From contig OZ025702.1 of NCBI GenBank assembly GCA_964019335.1, positions 372,001-436,000 of the forward strand: 64,000 bases of DNA, written 5' to 3'. The notes below the pieces were generated by a model. It saw only the letters and a list, made by a program, of their open reading frames with translations. It was not told where the DNA came from and did not search any database. This DNA comes from Diplonema japonicum. Taxonomy: Eukaryota; Protista; Euglenozoa: Diplonemea. The position numbers and the translations under genes are program-made. Shown here one piece after another: positions 22,721 through 35,500 of the stretch. Positions within the stretch are counted from its first letter, which is position 1; each line of letters starts with the position of its first letter.

Positions 22721-24118
22721 ATGGACACCAAAGCGAGACACCTCAAAGAGCACACGATCTCACCCTTCGAAGGGCCGCTCCCTTCAACAGGAGATTCCCC
22801 GCAGTACGAGACCCCGCAGACCAGTATAAGAAAAAAAATCAATCTAGAACGGGAAGGGTATGAAGAAGGCTTGGGCGACAGATTGGTACCGGAAAGGGGG
22901 AAAGACATCGGCGCAGAGGCATACGAGCTGAAAGGGAAAATAGGAGGAGAAGGCTACAGGGTCAATTTAATGTGCAGATTATTCGGCGGCAAGGAGGGAC
23001 GGGTTTTGAAAATGGGCGGCGGGTCTGCTTTAACCCAAAGAGGCGAGAACAGCCCAAACGAACACGAAGAAAAACTACGCGTGATCTACTCAAGAAACCG
23101 AACCCAAAACTTCAGATCCAGAGTGTTCAGATACATACCGCAGACCCCTGAGAGAATCCTTGACGCTCCAGACCTTATTGACGATTATTACCTGAACCTC
23201 TTGGACTGGTCCTCCACGAACATTCTAACAGTCGCTTTGAACCAAACAGCGTATCTTTGGAATGCAGACAGTGGTGAAATAACACAGCTAACGCAAACAA
23301 CGGAGGAGGACAACATTATAACCGTGGTTAATTTCAATCAAGAAGGCACCACGCTGGGCGTGGGAACGAACAACGCCGACGTCGAATTGTGGGACATCGC
23401 GACAGGGAGTAAAACACGAACGTTGAAAGGGCACCTTGCAAGGGTGGGATCCTTGGCGTGGAATGGAAAGCTTCTTGCGTCCGGATCTCGCGACTCCTCT
23501 ATCCGTCTCCATGACACAAGAACCCCTCACGGCGTAGTAGCAACTCTAGACGGTCATCAACAAGAAGTATGCGGATTGAAATGGTCTTTAGACGGTGCAC
23601 AGCTCGCATCTGGTGGAAACGACAATTTACTACATATATGGGACTCTCGGCAACGGCACGAACCACGTCTTCGCCTCTCTGCTCATACTGCTGCTGTGAA
23701 AGCAATAGGATGGTCTCCTCATCAAAGCGGGCTTCTTGCGTCAGGTGGTGGTACTGCCGATAGGACCATTAGGTTCTGGAACACATCCATAGGGGAATGT
23801 GTGAACACGATAGACACAAAGTCGCAGATTTGCTCGATGTTGTGGTCTGTGAACAGGAATGAGCTGCTCACATCGCATGGCTACTCCGAGAACCAGCTTG
23901 CTCTGTGGAAATATTCTTCTTTGAAGAGGATTGCTAACCTCACTGGGCATTCTAGTCGAGTGCTACATTTAGCGAGGTCGCCCAACGGGGAGACCGTTGT
24001 GTCTGCAGCCGGCGATGAGACCATTAGATTCTGGAAGTGTTTTACGGAGGAGAAGTCCAAAAGACGGAAACCGAACACAGTCCCGCGGTCTTCTTTCACC
24101 CCGCTCGCTATTCGGTGA
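22721..24118 (+). CDS. CDC20: APC/C activator Cdc20/Fizzy (WD40)
   Basis: C-box-like DRLVPER, ERILDAPDLIDDYYLNLLDWS, ASGGGTADRTIRFWN, C-terminal IR tail. Confidence 0.93.
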   Translation: MDTKARHLKEHTISPFEGPLPSTGDSPQYETPQTSIRKKINLEREGYEEGLGDRLVPERGKDIGAEAYELKGKIGGEGYRVNLMCRLFGGKEGRVLKMGGGSALTQRGENSPNEHEEKLRVIYSRNRTQNFRSRVFRYIPQTPERILDAPDLIDDYYLNLLDWSSTNILTVALNQTAYLWNADSGEITQLTQTTEEDNIITVVNFNQEGTTLGVGTNNADVELWDIATGSKTRTLKGHLARVGSLAWNGKLLASGSRDSSIRLHDTRTPHGVVATLDGHQQEVCGLKWSLDGAQLASGGNDNLLHIWDSRQRHEPRLRLSAHTAAVKAIGWSPHQSGLLASGGGTADRTIRFWNTSIGECVNTIDTKSQICSMLWSVNRNELLTSHGYSENQLALWKYSSLKRIANLTGHSSRVLHLARSPNGETVVSAAGDETIRFWKCFTEEKSKRRKPNTVPRSSFTPLAIR

Positions 24119-24577
24119 AAAAAAAAAAAGTTTTTTTTTTTTGTTTTCTCTCTCTATACTTTTGGTTTTTTTTTTTTTGTTTTTTTGTTTTGTATTGTAC
24201 ACACTTTTTTTTTTTCTTCCATCTTCCCCTTTCCCCTCCCCCTTTTTTTTTTCTCATGGTTCCACTAGCCATGTTAAAAGCGTGTTAAGAAAAAAAGAAT
24301 GAAAAAGAAAAAAAGGAAAAAAAAAAAAGCGGAGGGGGGTGGGGAAGGGTATTGAAAATTAAAAAAAAAGAGCCTGGGGGACAGGTCTAAAAAAAAAAAA
24401 AGAAAAAAAAAAAAAAAAAAAACACCACATTTTAAATATTTCCCGCCCCTCATTCTTCTTTTTTTTCTCTTTTTTTTTTTTTTTTCCCCTATGCCATCCC
24501 TTGTATTGTAAAGTTTCTATTCTATCTCCACTATTAGGTTTGCCCTTCCCCCCCCCATTTTTTCTCCAGGGCAGCAA

Positions 24578-24819
24578 GATCTTTGGCCGGGTCTAGGTGC
24601 GTAACGACACTTTCCCTTACGCGAGTCATTTCAGGAAAGTCTGTGCCAGGGTGACGGCAGAGAGTCAAGAATGACCAGCTGTCATCAGTTGTTGCACCAC
24701 CAGCGGCAGAGCAAGCTCACTCTAATGTGCCGTTAGGCTACGCTGTAGTACGCTTGGAGCCGACTGTGGTGGTAGTGCTGAGTGCCGTTTGACTTCTTGT
24801 GTCACCTTGACGAAAGATC
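24578..24819. ncRNA. Candidate structured RNA element, unassigned
   Basis: Closing stem, several nested helices and a possible pseudoknot found by eye (see findings). Confidence 0.45.
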
Positions 24820-25228
24820 GAATTTTCTTTTTTTTTTTTTTTTTTTTTTTTTTTTCTTTTTCTTTTCTTTTTCCCCTTTCCCCTTCCCTCGTGCTACATT
24901 CTGTAGATTTGGATCCGTTCTTTATTTTTTTTTTTCAGGGGTCAAAAAAAAGGGGGGTGATGGACAGGCGTTGACGGCCTGAGACCGTGCTCGGCCATCC
25001 GATTTTATTGTAAAAAAGGGGGGGGGAAGGATTCGTGAAGTTAAGTTTATTTTTTTCGAGGGGGAGGGATCGCCATGTAAGCCGCAGTGATATTTTCTCC
25101 TTTCTTTCGTTGGGGGGGGGGGGGGGGGGGGGGGGCGTTTCACGGTGCCTTGAATTGCTCCCCCTTTTTCCCTGTTATGCCCAAAAAGAGACTCGGCGAT
25201 AGGACTCAATGGAATTTTGGGGAAGGGA

Positions 25229-25260
<32 letters not shown>

Positions 25261-25552
25261 AAACTTGCCCAGAAATGGTTTCACTTTCCCCCTTTTCTCC
25301 TCTCCCTGAGCACAGGAACAACTGAGGTGGGAAAAAAAAAGGGGGGGCAAACAAAAAAAAAAAAAAAAAAAAAAAAGGCAGGGGGGAAATTGAGTATGTT
25401 TTATTTCTATTCTTTTTTTTTTCTATGGTATTTTTTTTTCTCCCTCCCCCCCCTCTCTCTCTCCCTTTTCGTTTTTTTTTCTTTTTTTTTTTTTCTTCCC
25501 CTTCAACTTCGCACAAAGGAAAAGGGGGAAATAAAGAAAAAAAAAATAAAAA

Positions 25553-26241
25553 ATGCCTAGGGAACGGCAGCTCTTCGTGGCCGGGCTCAGTTCGGGTTAC
25601 ACACAGGAGCAGCTTTACGAGCTTTTCCACAAGTTTGGGACGATGGAGGCAAGCAGCGTGACGACAGACGCGAAAGGGAAGACCATTGGGTTCGTTACCT
25701 TTGTGGACCCAAAGGCAGCACGGAATGCTGAGACGCTGCTGCACGGGAAAAGGATCAACGGGCTGGGACCTTTGGTGGTGGTGCCTGCTCTATCCCGCTC
25801 CGAGAAAAGTATGGATTTTAACTTAGTTCTTCGCAGCACCACACACAGCCACGGACGAGTCTTCGGATGGCATGAAGCCGGGCATGGAGGGTGCTGTTGA
25901 TGAGAACACACCTATCTTGAGCAAGCTGCAAGCAGCGATGGAGTCGGCTTCGGGCAGCAACAACACCAGCGCAACAGCCAGCAGCAACACCCCCCCGCTC
26001 AACCTCGCTCAGAGACAGAGGCAAAAATTCCTGGCACAGTACGGGCAGCAACGGCAACAACAAGTGCAGCAGCAGCAGCAGCACGTCCAACAACAGCAGC
26101 AACAAGCCCAACAGCAAGCTATGCAGCAGCAGCAACCTAAGAAAACGAGCGACATAATTGATAAGCTGCTTGCAGCAGGGATGTCGGGGGATGATGTGAG
26201 TAGGGTATGGAACTAGGGGAAAAAAAACGACAATATGAAAG

Positions 26242-26278
<37 letters not shown>

Positions 26279-27492
26279 ATACACACACACAGTGTGTACC
26301 GCAAGAGCCCAAGCCCAAGGCCATCAACGTGAAGGACCTCGTCCAGCAGCAGTCGCAGCAGCAGCAGCAGCAGCAGAGGAGGTTCAACAACAACACCGCC
26401 AGCAACAACAGCCACAACAACACTGCTAACAGCAATGCCCAAAAGAACAACCACCACCACCACCACCACCACCACCACCACCACCATCAGCACCAGCACC
26501 ACGACCCTGCTGACGACAAGGACTCCAGGATACGTGAGTTGGAGATCGAGGTGCAGCGCCTTAAGGAGTCGAACCTCGCTGTCACAGCTGCCGTTGCTGG
26601 TGCTCAAAGTGCTCAACTAAGCAACCCCCTCATCCGGAAGGGCCCCATGTCTGGGTACCAAAAGCAGGGATCTCCTGTGAACTCGTCCTTGCTGGGGAAC
26701 GTTATGCCTCCTGTGCCTAACTTGGTGTGAAACAAAGGGAACCAGAAAGCCAACAATTTACAGACAAGCCTCTCGACTGATGAGCTGCAGAAGCACCTTC
26801 AGGTCCTTCAATTGCAGGTATGTATTTCTCTCCCTTTTTTTTTTTTTTTTTCCTTTTTTTTTTCTGGGTTCTTGAATTTGAGTCTCGAGCAGCTGATCCT
26901 GCACACCTGCGGTGTTCAGCCCAGCCGTGGCAGCACCGTGTCGTCCTTCGGCTTCGTCATGTCGTCTCTTTGGCTTCCTTGGCCTTCGGGCTGCTGCAGC
27001 AGCGATCGCTGCTGCCCTCGCTCAGGTAGGGCATGGGGATTTTCGGGTTGTTGTAGGTCCTCCCCGTCGGGAGGTGCGTACCCTTGTGCACGCGTCACGT
27101 GGTGAGTTCCATCTTCGCCCTGCTCACCTCGCGTGTTCATCCCGCGGTTGGAGCCTTCGCCGCTACCACCCCACCTGGCTGCATGCACGGGTTCAACCTC
27201 CAGGAGGTCACCTCACCGCACTCGACGTCGATGATGTTGTTGATTTTGTCATTTTGTTTTCATTTAACCCAAATTCAAAAACCCCAGGGGGAAAAAAAAA
27301 AAAAAAAAAAAAAAAAACAGCAACTCCTCCCACACTCTCTCCTTCCCCCTGCTCTTACCAACCCCGTCCCCACTTCAGAAGCTCTGCAGGTGTGTTTGAT
27401 AAGGGGGGAAAAAAAAAAACTCTTTTGCACAGCAAGCTTATTCAACGATCTTATCGCAGCAGCATTTGGCATCTCTGCAGACTCTACAGTAG
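25553..27492 (+). CDS. RRM protein with Q/N/H-rich low-complexity region; exons 25553-25808, 25849-26204 (alternative donor 26196), 26293-26724, 26764-26817, 27321-27389, 27433-27492
   Basis: RNP2 LFVAGL and RNP1 IGFVTF; GT-AG junctions keep one frame to the TAG at 27490-27492. Confidence 0.75.
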
Positions 27493-28912
27493 TTTGTAGA
27501 CGGTGCCCTTTTTTATTTCTTTGATTTTTGACTTGAATTGATTGTTTTTATTATTTTTTTTTTTCACACATCTCGCACAGTTGCAATGAAAAGATGAGAA
27601 AAGAAGGGGGAAAAAGAAAGAAAGAAGAAAGGAAGGAAAAAGAAAAAAAAAAAAAAAAAAAAAACAAGAAGAAACCACCACCCAGCTACAAACTGTAACC
27701 ATTATTATTGTTTTTGTTTGTTTGTTTGTTTTTCTTTTTTTTTTTTTTTTTTTTTTTGTATTCCTCTTCCCTTTTCCCCGCCAGTTACACCTTCCCACAT
27801 TGTGCTTTATTTATTTATTTTTTTAAAACCCGTTTTTTTTTTTAAAGGTCTGATTTTATTTTTTACCCCTCCCCTTCCCTCCCCATGTTCTTTTTACTTC
27901 AACACTTTTTTTTGGAAAGGTAAGGAATTCTGCAAGAAGAAGAAGAGCTGACCTTTGCACTACACAAGAGGGGGTTCTGCCGAAGACAATATTGTACAGG
28001 TGTTCTTCTTGTTCCCCACCATCCCTTCTTAAGGTTCGCCAGCGTATGTAAGTAGTGACTTGTAGAGGGAAAGAAAAAGAAAAAAAAAAAAAGAGGAGGA
28101 AATAAGTGAAGTGCCCGTGTGCACAAACACAAAGGAGCCAGGAATAAATAGGTTTCCTCCCTCCTTCCCTGCAAAGCGAAAACTGTGCTCCCCCCCCCCT
28201 TTTTTTTCTTTTTTAACTTTTCCTACTTGTTTTTAATTTATTCCCCCTTTAGTGTATCCCCCCCCCCCCCCCCCCCCCCACCTTCTCTTTGACCTTGGGG
28301 AGGGGGGGGGGGGGGCGAGAATTTCTGGTTATTTTACCGCTTATTTTTTTTCAAAGAAATAATGTCCCACCTATCCCGGTGTTTACTTATTTTAAGCTCA
28401 CTTTTTTTTCTTTTTTTTTCTTTTCCCCTTTGCGCTGTCTCTCCAATACATATGATGAATCCCCTCCCCCCCCCCTTCTTTTTTAAAATTAAACAAAAAA
28501 ATCGATTGCAGAAGGGGGAAAAGAAAATAATAATCAAGAAGTGGAAGAGCGAAAAGAAAGGGAAGTAACAGGGAATACACCACACACGGGGAAGAGGAAA
28601 GGATGAAGAAGGGGAAAAAGTGTAAGTAATGAGAGCAGGAAGAAGAAGGGGAAAAAAAAAAGAATTTTTCCTCGTAGCTTAATCGCTATTTTTTTTTTCT
28701 TCCACACCCTCCCTCTCATTCTTAACCCTCTTCTTATTTTTTTAAAAAAAAGAATAATTTCTCCATTTCAGCACTTGGGGGGGGGGTGTTTTTTTTTCTC
28801 CCTCTTTTTTAAGGGGAAGAAATACGAAAAAAAAAAAAAAAATTAACCCACACTGTTTTCTTTTTTCTTTTCTTTTTTTTTTTTCTCTTATTATTATTAT
28901 TTTTTTTCTCCT

Positions 28913-29097
28913 AGCGTGGAGGTGCCGCGAGATATGTCTGACCCGGCATGAGCACCTTCGTCTCGTGCATCGCCAGCGTCACGCAGTGGACGGCAACGAG
29001 TTCCAACCACATAGGGGAGCTGATTACTGTGTTTCGTGAGGCGAAGGACGCGCACAGTCGTCAGTACTGAATGAGCTGCGGGGTATCACCCCACGCT
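28913..29097. ncRNA. Candidate structured RNA element with two alternative folds, unassigned
   Basis: Closing stem AGCGTGG/CCACGCT and a 13-bp internal helix (see findings). Confidence 0.45.
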
Positions 29098-29173
29098 CCA
29101 TTCTGGAAAACAATAAATAATAAACAAAACAAAAAAAAAAAAAAGAGAGAGAGAAAAAAAAAAGAGAAAAAAA

Positions 29174-29317
29174 ATGCCCAAAGTGTCTGATGACGGTTGG
29201 ACGGTAGTGGGACCATCGAAGTCGGCCCTGTTCAAGAAGAAAAAAATAGAGGAGGCCGCAGAGATGAAGGCTAAAAAAGCTTTGGAGGACGAAGCGAAAA
29301 AGGGGGTATGGAAGGGG

Positions 29318-29373
<56 letters not shown>

Positions 29374-31797
29374 AGTTCAACGTTCTTCAGCAGAAAGAAA
29401 AGGCCAAGAAAGAGGTCCTCGAAGAGGAGAGCCCCAAGGCAAAGGTCCCGAAAACAGAGGAAGAAAAGGCAAAGGAGCGCAAGGAGAGAAAAAAAGAAGC
29501 TGCAAAGAAAAACAAAATCGCCGACCCCAAGACCTCCTCCCCGAAGTCCGCGTCCTACGTGAACAACAAAATGCAAAAGCTCCCGAAGAGGATAACCAAC
29601 GACATCAAAGACCTTCCAAAGAAGTACCCCGGCCGGGTGAAGGATCAATTCCTCACAGCAGTTGCGTACCTGGATGACTACCTAACTCCCGAATGTCAAT
29701 GCGCACCAGACTACAAATCTCTCCCAGCACAACAACGTTGGGAGCTACCACTTTCACACGCGCCCGATGCAATGGAACTCTTCACACCTATCATCCAAGG
29801 ATCGACAGACTCGAACATGTGGTGCGCTACTCTCAAAGACCTTCTTCTTGCAGGTTTTGGAAGACAGTGCAACAGGCCCGATGACGGGAAGAACTACCTT
29901 GGGTCAAAGATCGCGATGCAGGTTCTCCTTAAAACCCACCCCGACTCCTTCAACAACACAGTTGAAAATATTTTCGCCCTTGAAGGCGGGGAGATGGCCC
30001 CCGCCGCTGCCATGAACTTCGCATGGGTCCTCTCAAACCTCGCTGATTCTTCTGCAATGGATGGTGTTCAGTCGTGGGCAAGGGTGTTCTACCCTCGTCT
30101 TGTTGCAAATGAAGGGAAGTCAGGTGGTGCGGTTGTTGAAACCGGTTTCGCAGTTGCCGAGTCGCTTGGTTTGAAATCCCCGTCTGAACCCGAAAAGAAA
30201 CGATGGTGGCTGGCCAACAAAGAGAAGGATCCTTTGACGTTCGAACAGCTCGCCACTCCGCTTCGCCTCATCGCACCGAAAAGAAACAAGATGTTGAAGC
30301 TGTACACCACGATGCTCCCGAAATTCTCCGCGTTATTCACCACACAGTCCCCCAGGACTTACTTCACAAAGATTGCCGCTATGCTCGGCAAGGCTAACGA
30401 GGTGAACAAGCCTCTTATGTTGCAACTTCTCGTAGACTGTATGGTGCTTGATCCCAACATGAACGGTCCACTCCACTGTTGGACAAACAGCATCCTCATG
30501 ATGGTCAAGGAATCGTCAATGATCTTGGAATACATCAGCAAGAACCAAAAATCGCTGTCCACACGTCTTAACGGAATAGAAATGGAGAAATTCTTCGAAC
30601 GCTTAACAGCAAAATGCAAAGCGATCCAGGATGGCAGCCTTGTTCCGGAGGGCAAGAAGTCCAAGCACTGCAATTATACACCCAGCGAGGTGGCCGCCAT
30701 TCTCTATCTTCTCGGGAAAGTTTCTTCGCTTGCAAAGGCGGTTCCTCTCGAGGCGCCGAAAACTAAAAAGACGGAGCAGGCCATTAAGCAGGTGAGGGAT
30801 AAGGCTGCAGGGAGGTATCCTATCTGCGAGATGCTCTTCCTCATTGTGGCGTTGTTCACGGCGGTCGTGCTCGCTATCAACATCGCGCTCCCTTTCCTCC
30901 CGAAAGAGATGGCTGCTGCGATCGAGACGCACACTACGGGACTGGTTTGTTGAAGGGCGGGAAATAAAAAAAGATAATAATAATAAAACATAGCCTGCAC
31001 GTTATACCGATACCCAATCGGGTATTTTAATCGGTTCGGGTATTTAAATAGTGCAAAATTGGCCTGGGCACGCCGAGGTCGAGATGGGGTCCAGAAACAC
31101 GAAATATGATTTTTGGAGACCATGAACATGGGTAACTTAACATCCGAAGCCCACCCCAATTTTGGCGAATTTTGGGTGCGTTATTTTTATGTTATTTTTA
31201 CGTTATTTTAAATCGGTGAAAATTTGGAGAATGAGAAGACGCTGTTTCAAGAATGCAACAGGGAGGGATAAGAGACCAAGAGAGAGCTAGAGGGGTACTT
31301 GTGGGTGTTTGGAAGGCATGGCTACCCCCAGAAAGTACTTAGAAGAGATTCCCGAGTCAGTGGGACTCCAGCGCGCTTTGTCCGCTGCATCGTAAGCAGA
31401 AGGTAAAAAGCCTGTTCTTACAACACGAGCAGTCCGTGGTGGCAGGAACGTCTGGAGACAAGGACTCTCTTTAGTGCTGGTGCGGATATTCCAGAGAAAG
31501 CTAACGAATGCACGAGGATTATTTTCCAGAAAAGTTAGTTTCCTCGTACACGTGGGGAAACCTTGACGGGGGGTGGAGGCCCGCCCTACGCGTGGCGCCC
31601 CGCCCTCAATGGAGGGTCCCTTGTTTTAATAAATAGCACGATTAAAATAACGTTATTTTAATTCGATATCGTTAAAAATAACGGGTACGTAACAAGATTT
31701 ATGGGCCCTTTTTTTGTGTTATGGTATTTGATACCGGGTATTTTAAAATATCAATTTGATAACGTTATGCTTGCGTTATAACGTGCAGGCTATGATG

Positions 31798-31831
<34 letters not shown>

Positions 31832-31942
31832 AATCTTCTGTTGCTGCATCCGTTTCAAAGGCATACACTCAGTACCAGTATTACCAGCCATACGTGAGCG
31901 ACATGGCTTCGAAAGCCTGGAATGAAGTATGGGTTCGGGGGT

Positions 31943-31977
<35 letters not shown>

Positions 31978-32011
31978 TAATCAACAGATTGCAAGCAAAT
32001 TTGACAACTGA
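29174..32011 (+). CDS. TMEM214-like membrane protein; exons 29174-29305, 29376-30944, 31831-31926, 31988-32011
   Basis: N-terminal DDGWTVVG plus K-rich region, helical body, C-terminal TM helix; phase-0 GT-AG introns; family call is by resemblance only. Confidence 0.55.
30989..31794. mobile_element. hAT-like non-autonomous TIR element inside a predicted intron
   Basis: Perfect 18-bp TIR CATAGCCTGCACGTTATA / TATAACGTGCAGGCTATG; repeated subterminal CGTTATTTTTA; no clean 8-bp TSD. Confidence 0.65.
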
Positions 32012-32470
32012 AAAAAAAAAAGAATATTTAGTGTGTTTTTTTTATTTTATTTCTTTTTATCTTCCGTTTCTGGTTGTGACGGCCACCCACATTTCCTCTC
32101 TGTTTTTTTTTTCTTTTTTTTTTCTTCCCCCCCTCCTTTTTTTTTTTCTCTTCAACTTTGTTACTGAACTACGAAAGACCTCAAACGGTAGGGATAGCAT
32201 TCCCCCCCCCCCCCCCCCCATCCTCTTTTTTTCCCCCCTTCGTATATTGCCATTTCGATTCTTCCCTCATTGGCGGATACTTCTATTGTTTTTCTCCTCA
32301 TTCCTTTCTTGTTCCCTCCAACAACAGCAATACCACAGGTTTAATTAACCATCTTTGGTTAATCTTGTAAACACAACCCCCCCACCCAAAAAAAAAAGCT
32401 GCGACTTAATTTCTCCCCTCCCCCACCCCCCCCCCCCCCCCCCCCACGTTGTAAAGTTGTTAAAGAAAAA

Positions 32471-32506
<36 letters not shown>

Positions 32507-32567
32507 GACGGGGAAAAAAAAAAGAAAATAAAAAGAAATAATACCTCCGAAAAAAGAAGGAAAAAAA

Positions 32568-35500
32568 ATGGCTGACGAAAGATTTTCTACTTATAGCAGG
32601 GACTACGTGCATCATGGAGAGGACGCGTACAGTCCAAGCAGAGACCGTGGGATGGAGGCCATGGATGGGAGGGGTGGCGGTCAATTTGGAGGAGTAAGCG
32701 AGTATACTGATGAATATATAAAACATGGTTTGGGTGCAATTGACCCTAAAACTGGTCTCCCATTCGCCATGAGCCGCAGGCCGCCCGTCGACCCTGATCA
32801 CTACACGACCAGCAAGCAGAAGGATTTTGCACTCCCCGATCCTTCAGCCTATGTAAAGCCTGAAGTAAGTCAGCCCCCCGTACGTGCCCATGTCCCCACG
32901 GACCCCGACCACTTCACCACCAGCAAGCAACATGACTACGCTGCCTACGGTGAGGAGGCATACAGCCCACCACGCGAGGAGCGCTCTGCCCCAGAACGGC
33001 GAGCCATCCCCACCGACCCCGATCACTACACCACCAGCAAGCAGAAGGACTTCTCCGCTCCTGACGACTCCGCCTACGCTAAGCCCGAAGTGAGCCAACC
33101 CGCCACAAGGCAAGTAATTCCCACCGACCCTGACCACTTCATGACCAGCAAGCAGCAGGACTATGCTAATTATGGTGAGGAGGCATACAGCCCTGCCCGT
33201 GAGGAACAATCAGCACCTGAAAGACGCGCGATCCCCACTGATCCGGACCACTACTTGACGAGTAAGCAAAAAGATTTCTCTGCACCTGATGACTCGGCCT
33301 ACGCAAGGCCTGAGCCGAGCCAGATTCGGGAGAGGCAGGCAATCCCCACCGACCCTGACCACTTCATGACCAGTAAACAGAAGGACTATGCCAACTACGG
33401 TGAGGAGGCATACAGCCCTGCCCGTGAGGAACATGCTGCACCTGAGAGGCAGGCAATCCCCACTGATCCTGACCACTACTTGACAAGCAAACAGAAGGAC
33501 TTCGGGGCACCTGATGAGTCAGCTTATGCCAAGCCTGAGACAAGCCAGGCACCTGAGAGGCGTGCAATCCCCACCGACCCTGATCACTTCATGACCAGCA
33601 AGCAGCAGGACTATGCCAACTACGGTGAGGAGGCATACAGCCCTGCCCGTGAGGAACGTTCGGCACCTCAAAGACAGGCAATCCCCACCGATCCTGACCA
33701 CTATTTGACGAGCAAGCAGAAAGACTTTGCAGCTCCTGATGAGTCGGCTTATGCAAGGCCTGAGGAGAGTCAGCCAGCGGCAAGACAGGCGATCCCCACC
33801 GACCCTGATCACTTCATGACCAGCAAGCAGCAAGATTATGCGAACTACGGTGAGGAGGCATACAGCCCTGCCCGTGAGGAACGTTCGGCACCTGAGAGGC
33901 GTGCGATCCCCACTGATCCTGATCACTACTTGACGAGCAAACAGAAGGATTTCTCTGCACCTGATGAGTCGGCCTACGCAAGGCCTGAGCCAAGTCAGAC
34001 TCGGGAGAGGCAGGCAATCCCCACCGACCCTGACCACTTCATGACCAGTAAACAGAAGGACTATGCCAACTACGGTGAGGAGGCATACAGCCCTGCCCGT
34101 GAGGAACATGCTGCACCTGAGAGGCAGGCAATCCCCACTGACCCTGACCACTACTTGACAAGCAAGCAGAAGGACTTTGCAGCACCTGATGAGTCTGCTT
34201 ATGCCAAGCCTGAGACAAGCCAGGCACCTGAGAGGCGTGCAATCCCCACCGACCCTGACCACTTCATGACCAGCAAGCAGCAGGACTATGCCAACTACGG
34301 TGAAGAAGCATACAGCCCTGCCCGTGAGGAACGTGCTGCACCCGAGAGGCAGGCAATCCCCACCGATCCTGACCACTATTTGACGAGCAAGCAGAAGGAC
34401 TTTGCAGCACCTGATGAATCTGCTTATGCAAGGCCTGAGGAGAGTCAGCCAGCGGCTAGACAGGCAATCCCCACCGACCCTGATCACTTCATGACCAGCA
34501 AGCAGCAAGATTATGCGAACTACGGTGAGGAGGCATACAGCCCTGCCCGTGAGGAACGTTCGGCACCTGAGAGGCGTGCGATCCCCACTGATCCTGACCA
34601 CTACTTGACAAGCAAACAGAAGGACTTTGCAGCTCCTGATGAGTCTGCTTATGCGAGGCCAGAACCGAGCCAGACTCAGGAGAGGCAGGCAATCCCCACC
34701 GACCCTGACCACTTCATGACCAGTAAACAGAAGGACTATGCCAACTACGGTGAGGAGGCATACAGCCCTGCCCGTGAAGAACACACGGCACCTGAGAGGC
34801 AGGCAATCCCCACTGATCCTGACCACTACTTGACAAGCAAACAGAAGGATTTTGCTGCACCTGATGAGTCTGCTTATGCGAGGCCTGAGACAAGCCAGGC
34901 ACCTGAGAGGCGTGCAATCCCCACCGACCCTGACCACTTCATGACCAGCAAGCAGCAGGACTATGCCAACTACGGTGAGGAGGCATACAGCCCTGCCCGT
35001 GAGGAACGTTCGGCACCTCAAAGACAGGCAATCCCCACCGATCCTGACCACTACTTGACAAGCAAGCAGAAGGACTTTGCAGCACCTGATGAATCTGCTT
35101 ATGCAAGGCCTGAGGAGAGTCAGCCAGCGGCAAGACAGGCGATCCCCACCGACCCTGATCACTTCATGACCAGCAAGCAGCAGGACTACACTAACTACGG
35201 TGAGGAGGCATACAGCCCTGCCCGTGAGGAACGTTCGGCACCTGAGAGGCGTGCGATCCCCACTGATCCTGATCACTACTTGACGAGCAAACAGAAGGAC
35301 TTTGCAGCTCCTGATGAGTCTGCTTATGCGAGGCCAGAACCGAGCCAGACTCGAGAGAGGCAGGCAATCCCCACCGACCCTGACCACTTCATGACCAGTA
35401 AACAGAAGGACTATGCCAACTACGGTGAGGAGGCATACAGCCCTGCCCGTGAGGAACATGCTGCACCTGAGAGGCAGGCAATCCCCACTGATCCTGACCA

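Noticed and set aside
24620-24660. RNase P or U3 assignment from GGAAAGTCTG and GTCATTTC
   Set aside because: No CR-V partner and no convincing B/C/D box set; left unassigned
24668-24785. SECIS-like ATGA...TGA pairing
   Set aside because: Helix geometry and apical AA do not fit, and there is no upstream in-frame UGA selenoprotein
26880-27240. GC-rich ORFs inside RRM intron 4
   Set aside because: No recognisable domain; the gene model closes without them; probably a decayed insertion
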